From positions 1,664,001 to 1,728,000 of the forward strand of contig OY970067.1 in NCBI GenBank assembly GCA_963705305.1: DNA of 64,000 bases, read 5' to 3'. Source of the stretch: an uncultured Methylomirabilota bacterium (lineage in GTDB: Bacteria > Methylomirabilota > Methylomirabilia > Methylomirabilales > 2-02-FULL-66-22). The notes under the pieces are model-generated. The model was not told the origin of the DNA. It was given only the letters and a program-made list of their open reading frames with translations, and searched no databases. This document shows positions 50,354 through 60,480 of the stretch, piece after piece. The position numbers and the translations under genes are program-made. Each line of letters begins with the position of its first letter. Within the stretch, counting starts at the first letter, position 1.

Positions 50354-51225
50354 ATGGAAACAAAGGCCGTTGTCGATGGACTGATCTACTACTTTAAGGG
50401 CGACCATTGGCGCCGGCTTATGGCCCCCTGATGCAAGACCCAGACCCCCACGGCACGCATATTCATGCTTACACGGAAACTTGCGTGCATCCGGAAGACA
50501 TAAAGCAGATCCTCTGCGCATACCTAGAGGCTAAGGGGGTACCTAGTTCTCGCAAGATTAACTACACTGCGCCACGGCCAGGCGAGATGGGCTCGTTGCA
50601 TGGCATCGAACCCAAGGGGAAGGCTCACCTTGACTACAACTGGTACTTCAACCCCAAGGTAGCCTTGGCAGCGACGGAGGACGGCGCGAAACGCGAAAGT
50701 GACTGCAACCTCTGCGTGTGGAACCGCTCCTACATTCGCGAATTTTACAGTGATTTCCACTTCCGCCCGTCCATTGGGCCGGCCGAGGAGGACGCCCTTT
50801 GTGAGTACTTCCGTTCGGACCACTGGCACAAGGGGCTGGAGCTCTCAATAGCTCCGAACACTACCCACGGGCATATCAACGTTTACACCAGCGTGCATCC
50901 CGACGTGATCCAAAAGTTCGCCGAGGAATCGATCAGGCAGAAGGGCTGGGAGATCTTCTACACCTGTCCCAACGTCTACCTAGTCGAGGGGAAATACACC
51001 GGCAAACTGGTCTTCATGGGTAAGAAACCTGAGGCCGTCTACGACCTGGGCTGGATGCTGCGGCCCGAGACGGTCATCGAGCCGGCGTGGGACCAATGGG
51101 CGCTGCCCAGCAACCCTGGCTACGATCTCTGGGTTTGGCCCATGATGCAGCCCATCATGGAGTTCCCCTACGTCAAGCTGACCGATTCAGAAATCAAGAC
51201 AGTCGTCTCAGGTATAACCGACTAA
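50354..51225 (+). CDS. Uncharacterised tandem-HxH protein, paralogue X4 (frameshift in the C-run near the 5' end)
   Basis: AAGGAGG then ATG 50354 gives METKAVVDGLIYYFKGDHWRRLMA. The frame shifts at 50424-50428 into MQDPDPHGTHIH. Closest to X1. Confidence 0.85.
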
Positions 51226-51490
51226 GGCACAGGTGCCAGTATGACCAAGACGTATGGACATTTGGCGGAATGGAGAGGGTGAGAAGAGGCGCGCATGGGG
51301 TAAACTGAGGGGCCACCTGCATGCTCTTCCAGGATGATTTCGCCACGCCCTCATTAGCGGCACGGCGGCGATGTTTTAAGGCCAAGCTGCACGCAGGTAG
51401 AGGAGCAGAAAGGAGGGAAAGAGATCATATCGAACGGGGTTCAGCTTTCACAGAGATCGGAGACTTTCTCAATTACCAACGGAGGCGCCC

Positions 51491-52808
51491 ATGAAGAGCA
51501 AGAGGCGAATGACAAGACAAGTATCGAGGCGGGCGTTCCTCAAGGGATCTGTGGGAACAGCGGCCTTGGGGTTGGCGCTTAGCGCCAGTTCTGCGCCGAT
51601 CGCCCGGGTTGCATCCGCCCAAGCTAAGCCCAAACTCACCATGGTCGTGCGCGGCTTTTTCGGTCCCAACACCAACGACATATTCAAGGCGCAAGCAGAG
51701 GGCTGGGGCAAGGCAAATAACGTCGATGTCACCTGCGACATCATTTCGATGAATGACATCCCAGCCAAGCTGGCCGCCGCTGCCGAGGCGGGTGCCGGGC
51801 CGGACGTGATCCATCTGTTCGATGGCACACCTCACATGTATGCCGAGAAGTTGGCAGATGTTAGCGACGTGGCCGCGACCATCGAGAAAGAGGAGGGCGG
51901 CTTCTACGGTCTCGCCAAGGACGTTCTGCATGGTCGACGGCGTCTGGCGGGCGGTGCCCCACACAGGGACAACTGAAGTCCTCTGCACCCGAAGTGATGT
52001 CTTCAACCAGCTTGGGCTGCAAGTTCCCGATTCCTGGGATGAATTGCTCGAGGTGGGCAAGAAGCTGCGCCAGAACAAGTGGGTTGTGGGCTGGCCAATC
52101 GCCCACGCCGCGGGCGACGGCGGTAGCTTCATGTACAGCATTTTCTGGTCCTATGGAGCTAGGGAGTTCGAGAAGGACAACAAGACGCTCGCTGTGGATA
52201 GCCCAGAAACAATTAAGTGTCTTCGGATGATCAAGCGGTTGTATGACGAAGCATTTGATCCTGCGTGTACCTCCTGGGATGATTCCTCGAATAATCGGCT
52301 CTGGCTTGCCGGCCAGATGGCCCTTACCGGCAACAGCCCCAGCATCTGGGCTGCGGCCTTCCAGGATGCGCCGCAGCTGGTGCCGGTCACCAAACACAGC
52401 ATCTTACCCAAGGGGCCCGGCGGTAGGCACTTAAAAACGGAGACTCAGGAGTTTGGCCTCCTCAAATATTCCAAAGTGCAGGCTGAGGCCAAAGCGCTCA
52501 TGAAGTACCTTATGTCGGGGCCACAGTATAGCAAGTGGATCAGCGCAACCCTTGGCGATCGGATGGGCATGACCAAGAACATGGCCGGTTTGGAGCTGTG
52601 GAAAAAGCCGAACCTCAAACCAAGCTTGGATTCGATGGCTTTCGGACACGTGAATGGTTGGCCCAGTCCAGTCAATCGGACGTCCGCGGAGGCGTACAAC
52701 AATTTTACCTTGATTGATATGGCCACGATGGTCGTTAAGGGCAGCACACCCGAAGAAGCTGTGAAATGGGCCGTCGGCCAGTACAAGAAAATAATTATGA
52801 CGTCATAG
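51491..52808 (+). CDS. Carbohydrate ABC substrate-binding protein, Tat-exported (single frameshift)
   Basis: SRRAFLK motif. Two tracked ORFs join if one base is removed at 51920-51926 (AKDVCMVDG, matching AKQVCIVGG in the 34616 paralogue). Confidence 0.88.
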
Positions 52809-53703
52809 TGTGCTATCACTAATCCGTGTGCTTCCGTCCAGCTATGAATAGATACTCGCGTCTGGAAGCAAGCGGAGGTGGGCACACTTGTAGTGTAGTG
52901 CTACTGAATCGGCTTCAGCCCTTCCGGCTTGATGGTAATTTACGGTCTCACAAGTGTTCTGTGCTTGAGGACGAAGGAAATACATGAACGGATGGTCGGA
53001 AGCGGAAAATCAGTTCAGTAGCACTACACTGGCAACCCAGGGATTATTCTGTTTACCAACTCGACAGTCCCAGGCCTTGGATCGATTTGAGGTCTGGCCG
53101 AGAGGCCAAAGGATGAGAGGGAACTTCGACCGGACATCAGGGGCCCGACCATACAGCAGTCCGTCCTATCCGATTTCCTGCAGGAGTCACATCTCCCAAC
53201 CTTTCCCTGTCACGTAGAACGAGGTTATGCGTGCTGTCGTTACGCAGATACGGGCGAGCTCGAGTTCCAACCTGTCACATTAGGCGCGAATTATATTCGA
53301 ATATGAGGCGTATCCCGCAGGTGGTTCTGGCAGAAGCCGGTTGTCGTGGTCGTCCCGTGCTTGTGGGTCAAGCAGCAGGTACTCGGTAGATAGCTCTAAT
53401 TGAAATCGGTGACCTTTTTTCGATAGATGTATCATATGGCGATTCTTCCCGGAAGAAGGTACCAGGCAGCGTGCTATTTGGACGCTCGCATGAATTCCTG
53501 TAGGCTCGCGTTGGCCCACATTCCCCAAGAGATTTCCCTCCTTCGCAAGGATGACCGAAGATGCGGGCACTTAGCTAAGTCAAGCATCGCTAATATATGC
53601 ATTTCGTGTCGGCGGCTTCTCCCAGGTATGAATGAGAATCCCTGCTTCCTCGAAGCATCGCACCCAGTCGAGATCTGTCGACCACCAGCAGGAGAAAACA
53701 AGA

Positions 53704-54642
53704 ATGCAGATGCGGGATGTGTCTCTTATCGTGCAGAACCTACATTTTCGCGCGCGACTAGGCACGCTTCTCGAGCGTGAGAGCCTCCTAGGGTATCTGC
53801 TGCTAGCTCCAGGGTTGGCGGTGCTCGTGGTGTTTGTCGCTTACCCGTTTGTCCTTGGCATGTACCTGAGCCTGACCAACAAAATCATTGCTGTGGAGTC
53901 CTCAGGACGGTTCATTGGCATCCGAAATTACGTCAAGCTCTTGCAGGACCCTGTTTTTCGCCAAACGGTAGTAAACACTTTTAATTACACCTTTGTCTCC
54001 GTTGTTTTCAAGCTGGCTCTAGGAATGGCGATGGCACTGGCGCTGAATGAGGCATTGCCGCTTAGGAATTTAATCCGCGGCACGATGCTCCTTCCGTGGA
54101 TCATTCCGACGACGCTCAGCTCCCTGGCCTGGCTCTGGATGTTCGACGCGAACTTTGGCGTCATCAACTGGTTTTTAGTTAATACCGGCCTGCTCCAAAG
54201 GGGACCTATCTGGCTGGGAAGCGGGTTTTGGGCAATGCTGTCCATTCAAATCGTAAACGTCTGGCGTGGTGTCCCCTTTTTCGGTATTACCCTCCTGGCG
54301 GGCATGCAGACAATACCGGGGGAACTATACGAGGCAGCCGAAGTCGACGGCGCTGGGGTCTGGCACAAGTTCTGGAGAATCACCGTACCCCTACTGAAGC
54401 CGGTGACAGCGGTAGTGACGCTCTTCTCTATTATCCAGACGTTTGCTGACTTTGAGATTGTTTATGTATTAACCCGCGGAGGGCCTGGGAACTCGACTCA
54501 CCTGTTTGCCACCCTCACGCAGCAGGTAGCGATCCAGAACGGGCGTTTAGGCGAAGGGGCGGCGATCTCACTTTTCATGTTTCCGATCTTGGTGATAGTG
54601 GTGTTGTTGCAGCTGAGGTATCTGAGAAGCGAGGGGAACTGA
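53704..54642 (+). CDS. Carbohydrate ABC permease (MalF-type)
   Basis: LLPWIIP, GMQTIPGELYEAAEVDGA and TRGGP; paralogous to 33276-34250. Confidence 0.92.
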   Translation: MQMRDVSLIVQNLHFRARLGTLLERESLLGYLLLAPGLAVLVVFVAYPFVLGMYLSLTNKIIAVESSGRFIGIRNYVKLLQDPVFRQTVVNTFNYTFVSVVFKLALGMAMALALNEALPLRNLIRGTMLLPWIIPTTLSSLAWLWMFDANFGVINWFLVNTGLLQRGPIWLGSGFWAMLSIQIVNVWRGVPFFGITLLAGMQTIPGELYEAAEVDGAGVWHKFWRITVPLLKPVTAVVTLFSIIQTFADFEIVYVLTRGGPGNSTHLFATLTQQVAIQNGRLGEGAAISLFMFPILVIVVLLQLRYLRSEGN

Positions 54643-54645
54643 GAC

Positions 54646-55512
54646 ATGGCCACCATTCTTGCTCGGCAGGCCAAGCGCCGGCGCCATTTAGGTAAGGCGA
54701 TCGTTGTCTACGGCACCGTGCTCTTCTTCCTGATAACCACACTTGTGCCATTTATCTGGATGGCGGTGTCCTCTGTCAAGCCGAACACGGAACTATACAA
54801 CACCAAGGAAGCGCCATTTCTCGTTTATCATCCCACGCTCAATCACTATAAATACATGTTTACCAAATATCCGTTCGCCAGATGGATGGTGAATACGTTT
54901 GTGATTTCCGTGCTCTCGACAGGTCTGTCTCTTTTCCTTGGAATCCTCGGCGGATATAGTTTAGCTCGTCTTCGCTTTCGGGGCGCGCAGGTCCTGGGGT
55001 TGTGCATTTTCGTGACCTACTTGGTGCCGCGGACTCTCCTGTTCGTTCCATTGGCCTACGTTGTTCGCTCGTTTGGATTATTTGACTCCATCTGGTCGCT
55101 CGTACTCGTCTACCCGACGTTCCTAATACCCTTCTGCACTTGGTTACTAATGGGCTACTTTAAGGGGATTCCCAAGGAGGTAGAGGAATGCGCGATGATC
55201 GATGGCTGCAGCCGAATGGGCGCGCTGTTCAAGATCGCACTTCCGCTGTCATTGCCTGGAATTGTCTCGGCGGGCCTCTTCGCTTTTACGCTGTCATGGA
55301 ATGAGTTCATCTACGCACTCACTTTTATTCAATCCACTGTCAACGAGACGGTTGCTGTAGGAGCCGTGGGGTCACTCACGGTTGGCGATACCTTCTTTTG
55401 GGGCTCGCTGATGGGAGCCGCCTTGCTTGGCTCGGTTCCGGTAGCGTTGATCTACTCCTTCTTCTTGGAGTACCTTGTCGAGGGTTTGACGGCGGGGGCG
55501 GTCAAAGGCTGA
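54646..55512 (+). CDS. Carbohydrate ABC permease (MalG-type)
   Basis: IPKEVEECAMIDG and GLTAGAVKG; paralogous to 32414-33274. Confidence 0.92.
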   Translation: MATILARQAKRRRHLGKAIVVYGTVLFFLITTLVPFIWMAVSSVKPNTELYNTKEAPFLVYHPTLNHYKYMFTKYPFARWMVNTFVISVLSTGLSLFLGILGGYSLARLRFRGAQVLGLCIFVTYLVPRTLLFVPLAYVVRSFGLFDSIWSLVLVYPTFLIPFCTWLLMGYFKGIPKEVEECAMIDGCSRMGALFKIALPLSLPGIVSAGLFAFTLSWNEFIYALTFIQSTVNETVAVGAVGSLTVGDTFFWGSLMGAALLGSVPVALIYSFFLEYLVEGLTAGAVKG

Positions 55513-56062
55513 GCGAAAAGGTCGAAGCGTGGCGTCGAGCGGCAGCCTCACAGTGCTGGTTTCGATCCGACCCGCTGGGTTGCTACCGTCTCGTATCGAG
55601 CAACTCGACTCTGGAGTATGCGCCGGTTCTGGGCTACAATGCAATCCGCTTCGCTTTCTAAGTAAACCCGCAACTCGGGAGTGGCCTGTGCCGGTTTTGG
55701 GCCTTTGGTGTGAAGATAAACCTGATATCTTTTTCTTATTGACGCCCTCTTTTCAGCGTCATCCCTAGATTCCAACCTCAGCGAGGCATTGGATGCCGGG
55801 GAACTCACGCTGCAACCCGAAGTCCCCGCCGATCATCCGTCATTCGCCGCAACTCCGATGCATCTCCACCTTCTGTGTCGGTTGGAAACGATATGCGCAC
55901 TGGTAAGCCATTCTATTTTCCGGAGACGCCAAATCATCGACCTTTTTGGTCGGAATCTCTCAGAAGTGCTTTACTCCTCTAACGTCGCATCTTCATATTC
56001 CGCACCGCATCTCGAACGTACGCTGTCGCCAACGCTGTCAGCCGCGTCTCGACGTGGGGTAG

Positions 56063-57391
56063 GATCGGCAGTTTTCGATCACATCCCAGTGGGAGAAGGG
56101 ATGGCAGGAACTCACCGATTGGCTCGACGCGTTCGTAAGGCATAACAACGAGACAACAGAAAAACGCGTCCTCGGGAGGTCTGCTGGACATCGGGATATT
56201 CCGGCGATTATGATTACCAACCGGACCATACCTTCCAACGAAAAACAGGTGGCATTGATCATACTCAACCGACACGGCCAAGAGAAAGGCTGTCGTGTCG
56301 TCGCACCGGAAATTATCCAGTATCTGGCCAGTGAGGACGCGCGGCAATTAGAGACAGTCAGTTGGTCATTGTTGTCCCAGTTCTGAATCCCGATGGAATG
56401 GTGACGGACAAATTCAATTCGTCGCGCACACGCATGACGAATCACGAGCGAGCTATCCTAGCACCTCTACTCAACGCGTTTCCTCCCGATATGATGGTCG
56501 ATTACCACAGCCTCGGTCAGGCCAACGGTGCCAGACATGATCGCGGCGACATGGAGGTGGTGATCCCCGCCAACACAACCAGGTGGGGGATGGACGACCA
56601 AATTCACCAGTTTCTCGCGCACAAATTGATCGCGGCTGCGGAGGAATCTGGCTGGCCATACGAGCTTCATACACTGGAAGACCTCTGGCAATATTACTTC
56701 GGGGACCGACTGATCGGGAACTTCCCGTGGGCCTACATGCAGGAGAAAGTCTATTTGCTGAACACCCAATCCCCGTACGACGGCTACGACTCCCCCTCCG
56801 ATGATTCTGAAGTTGAAGCTCTCGAATCACCCGCCATCGAGAGAGGGGTATACGAACTACGTCTGCGGCCCAGCGTATCGGAAGTGGCATTGCGTGGTGT
56901 TCGGCGACGAGGTGAATCATTGGTCCGTGACGAATCCTGACGACATTGCCAAGAGTGGATTGGCTATTGCAGAGACGCTGCTGAAGATGGGGTGCGGCCG
57001 CTTTCCGTGGGAAAGAGAGAAGGGCTACCCCACGAATCTGATCCAGGGAGATTTCCGCAACTCGATACGCGCAATTGGCAACGATGCCGCCGAACGCCGC
57101 AAATCACGAATCCGGCTCTGGCGCGAACGCGGGAACTTCGACATCCCGCACCGGGAGATGCCAACTCCCACGACAACCGTTGCTCGAGTTCGGTACTTTG
57201 GGAACGACCTTCCAATACAATTCGCCCTCTGTCTTCACATGCGGCATAGTACGATCAGCGGGGTCACTCTTCTCGGGAAGGACATCCCTTTCGAGACGTT
57301 CAATGACGGATGTTCAACGTTTGCCTACATACCGTTGGTGGCATCAAAACCCGGGACAATCACCCTTACCCTCAATCACCCGAAGTACTGA
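56063..57391 (+). pseudogene. M14-type zinc carboxypeptidase-like gene with two frameshifts
   Basis: An untracked frame gives LGRS...RHGQE (HxxE). After a shift near 56345 it reads VPVLNPDG and VDYHS, with a second shift near 56830. No clear start codon. Confidence 0.7.
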
Positions 57392-57737
57392 GGCACGGCA
57401 CGTGCCCTATCGACGCGACTACTCGGCGCTATCACGACTTTGCAAAGGCAGGGCCGGGCACTCCGAGAAGCCACTCGGCCGACGCCGCTGTCTCTTGGCC
57501 AACATCGGTTTGGGATCGAAGGTTGCCCCTAGTAGGGCGCATGTATTGACGAACTGATAATCTGAGATTAGTGCGAGAGACCGTAGCAACTCAACGTCGG
57601 TCGGCTCGGTCAGATTATTGGCGCCACGACAGAGCTTGATGCCTGCGCTTTTTGTTTGAGTGGTCGTCCGATGTTGTGTCGGCGCGTGTCTTTAGGTATG
57701 TTATCGATCTCGGTGCGTGGACGGAAAGGAGTTAGCA

Positions 57738-58715
57738 ATGAGGCTGGGCATAGTCGCAGGCGTATTCGCACCTGACACACTCGACTCGATACTGGACAAG
57801 ATCGCGGCTCACGGATTCGATACAGTTGAGATTCCAACAGGCAATTACGGAGGCACTCCCTGTTTCGATCTCGATAGGGTTTTGACTTCAAGAGACCTAC
57901 TTCGTTCCTTGCGCTTCGCAATTGAAACGCGAGGGCTTAGTATTTGCGCTTTGAGCTGTCAAGGCAATCCCTTGCACCCTCAAAAGGAAGTTGCTGTGGC
58001 CCATCATCGTGTTATGGTTCGCACCCTTCAGTTAGCAGCGGAGCTTGGGGTCGGAGTTGTGAACGTTTTCTCTGGATGCCCAGGCGCCCACGATGGCGCT
58101 CTCTTCCCGCATTGGGCTCCGTGTGCTTGGCCTCCGGATTTTCGCCAGGTCCTGGATTGGCAGTGGCAAAAGAAGCTCATTCCATATTGGCAGGGATTTA
58201 CCTCCGAGGCGAGAAAGTTGGGTGTTCGCAAGCTGGCTATCGAGCTGCACCCAGGATTCATGGTATACAACTCACTCACCCTTCTAACTCTGCGGCACGC
58301 GATTGGCCCGGAAATCGGAGCGAATCTGGATCCGAGTCATCTCTTCTGGCAAGGGATTGATCCGTGCGTGGCTATTCGCGAATTAGGTGAAGAGGAGGCT
58401 GTCTTCCACTTCCATGCAAAAGATACGTTCATAGATCCGATTGAGACAGCCAGGAATGGCGTATTTGACACTCGCCCTTATGACCAGATCGCAGATCGAA
58501 GCTGGTTTTTCCGAATGCCTGGATATGGTCATTCTCCGGATACATGGAATAGGATCTTTTTCGAACTAAGAAGAATCGGATACGAGGGGGCCATTAGTGT
58601 CGAGCATGAGGATGCCTTGTTTTCAAGAGAGGAGGGGATCACGCGTGCAGTCGCTTTTCTGAAGGATAAACTATTCCGCGATCCCAGACCAGAATCCATC
58701 TGGTGGGGAAAATAG
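57738..58715 (+). CDS. Sugar phosphate isomerase/epimerase-family TIM-barrel protein
   Basis: Motifs GNPLHP, FSGCPG, WPP..LDWQW, IELHPG, NLDPSH, HFHAKD and SVEHED. Confidence 0.9.
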   Translation: MRLGIVAGVFAPDTLDSILDKIAAHGFDTVEIPTGNYGGTPCFDLDRVLTSRDLLRSLRFAIETRGLSICALSCQGNPLHPQKEVAVAHHRVMVRTLQLAAELGVGVVNVFSGCPGAHDGALFPHWAPCAWPPDFRQVLDWQWQKKLIPYWQGFTSEARKLGVRKLAIELHPGFMVYNSLTLLTLRHAIGPEIGANLDPSHLFWQGIDPCVAIRELGEEEAVFHFHAKDTFIDPIETARNGVFDTRPYDQIADRSWFFRMPGYGHSPDTWNRIFFELRRIGYEGAISVEHEDALFSREEGITRAVAFLKDKLFRDPRPESIWWGK

Positions 58716-59353
58716 ATGGGCTCTTCTTCGGGCGCATTCACACGAATCAGGTTTAGTACGGGGAGGCCGCGGTGGTGTTCGAGGAGACCTTCGTGCCGAG
58801 CGTCGAGGCGGGTCCCCCCTGCACCACAGCAACCGTGAGCGCCTCAGCAACCACCAGCACCAACTCGGGCCCTACCACAAGATGCTTGCTGTGCCGGCTG
58901 GTACCGCGGACGTCTTCCAGTGCTCCCGGCCCCCCTGTTCGGCGAGTGAGTACCGACGCGACCGCTCTCGCTACCGTAGCGGTGTTCTTCCGCTAGGGCA
59001 GTATTGAAGCGCGTTTCTTTCGGGTAGCTAGAAGGGTCAAATTTAGGAGCGGCGGTTCGTTCTGAGCCAAGTGGGGCGCTTGCGTAGCTATGCTGAGGAC
59101 CCGGCAAGCCTCCGAGGCTCCCAATCCGCAAGGGTAGCCATGCCCTCCAGGTGGCCGCCCGAGGTCTCCCCCAGCCTCCCGGACCAGGGCACATGCCCTG
59201 TGTAAGGCACCGCCGTCAGGAAGTAATAGAATCAGTCCGAGCTTTCTGCTAGTCTAGGTCGTCAATCCGGCACCCCAGTCCACCCCTGTAATGTGGCGTG
59301 CCCTGTTTCGACCAGCGGTCGTCGCTCTCTTACGAGCGAGAGGAGACAAGCCC

Positions 59354-59608
59354 ATGCCAACGAATCTCACCGCCACCCTCCGGAAGGCCTTAGCCGACCT
59401 GGAGATCGAACGCACCCGCCTGGACCGGCAGATCGCTGGGATCCGGGCGCTCCTCGCCGGCGAGACGCGCGGGCAGGTCCACCGTGCCCCCGTCAAGCGG
59501 CGGGCCACGGGGCGCAAGCCGATGAGTGCGGCGGCCCGGAAGGCCCTGAGCCAGCGGATGAAAGCGTTCTGGGCGAAGCGGCGGGCAGTGAAGGCCAAAG
59601 CGTCCTGA
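59354..59608 (+). CDS. Small basic hypothetical protein, putatively DNA-binding
   Basis: AGGAG RBS; N-terminal coiled coil; basic tail MSAAARKALSQRMKAFWAKRR; followed by a terminator. Confidence 0.75.
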   Translation: MPTNLTATLRKALADLEIERTRLDRQIAGIRALLAGETRGQVHRAPVKRRATGRKPMSAAARKALSQRMKAFWAKRRAVKAKAS

Positions 59609-59653
59609 ACGTAGTCGTGATGAGCAAGATTTCCCGCTCTCTTGAAATAGGAG

Positions 59654-59689
59654 CCCCTCGGGAGGAGTCCTTCTCCCGAGGGGTTTTGT
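59654..59689 (+). terminator. Rho-independent terminator
   Basis: CCCCTCGGGAG-N8-CTCCCGAGGGG followed by TTTTG. Confidence 0.75.
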
Positions 59690-60269
59690 GTCCGGCCCGA
59701 GGAGAGTTGTGACACCCGTTACGCTAGCTCCACTGACTCTCACGCTTGTCGGCCGCGCCGACGCTGGATCAGTTCCACGATAGACGTCGTCCCAGCCGCG
59801 TGCCGGGCAGCGATGAGATTTTTCGCGGCCGGGCGAGTTCCTCTTCGAAAGGCATGGCTTCCGTCAGGGCCGAGTCGTAATCGTAGCCTGCGAATGAACT
59901 CGTAGTAAGCGGTGAAGCTCTCGTCCTACACGCCCGCGCTCCGCTGCCTGTCGAGGTCGATGAGGATCGAGCTGAGACCGCTGTACAACTCGAGCCATTC
60001 GTCCTCATCCAGGTGTATCGGTCCCATGCTTTTTGTCATCTTTTCCTCTCCTTGAGTTAGTGAGCAGCAAGCGGTGGATCCCATCCTTTGACCTCGTATG
60101 GGAGCGTTCTCCCTGGTCCAGCCTTCTTCCTCTGCTCGTCGCGGACGCAACGCGCTCACTACGCCGACGAGGTCACGAAACGGGAGGGGCATATTGCGCC
60201 CCGGCCGAACGGCCTCCTATGAGTTTAGATCCAATTGTTCCACGTTCATCCCGTCCATGACTGTTCTCC

Positions 60270-60480
60270 TTAATCCTCGCTGCGTTCCCCTTCTGCAGGC
60301 TGCTCGGGCATATCGGCCGTGAACGCCGGGAGGGCCTTGCTGGTGAATCTGTTGAGGCGGTCGTGCTCCTCTTCCCCGAGCGGCATGTTGGCCGTCAACT
60401 TTGCGTAGATGTCCATGGTCGTGCTGAACCTGTGCTTCCCGAAAACGGATCGCACGCTGGCCCTCCCGCAGCTTTTCGTT
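60270..60480 (-). pseudogene. Possible tyrosine recombinase C-terminal remnant
   Basis: FGKHRFSTTMDIYAK resembles the integrase box II motif LGH..I.TTMDIY; upstream sequence is scrambled. Confidence 0.4.

Noticed and set aside
52810..53700. Gene or structured RNA in the long gap between SBP and permease
   Set aside because: Only short ORFs without motifs and no convincing structure; possibly decayed sequence.
59770..60039. Small minus-strand ORF (MTKSMGPIHLDEDEW...) with an RBS and an in-frame TAG, considered as possible readthrough
   Set aside because: No pyl or recoding evidence in the window, and TAG is used as a normal stop elsewhere; most likely a decayed hypothetical gene.
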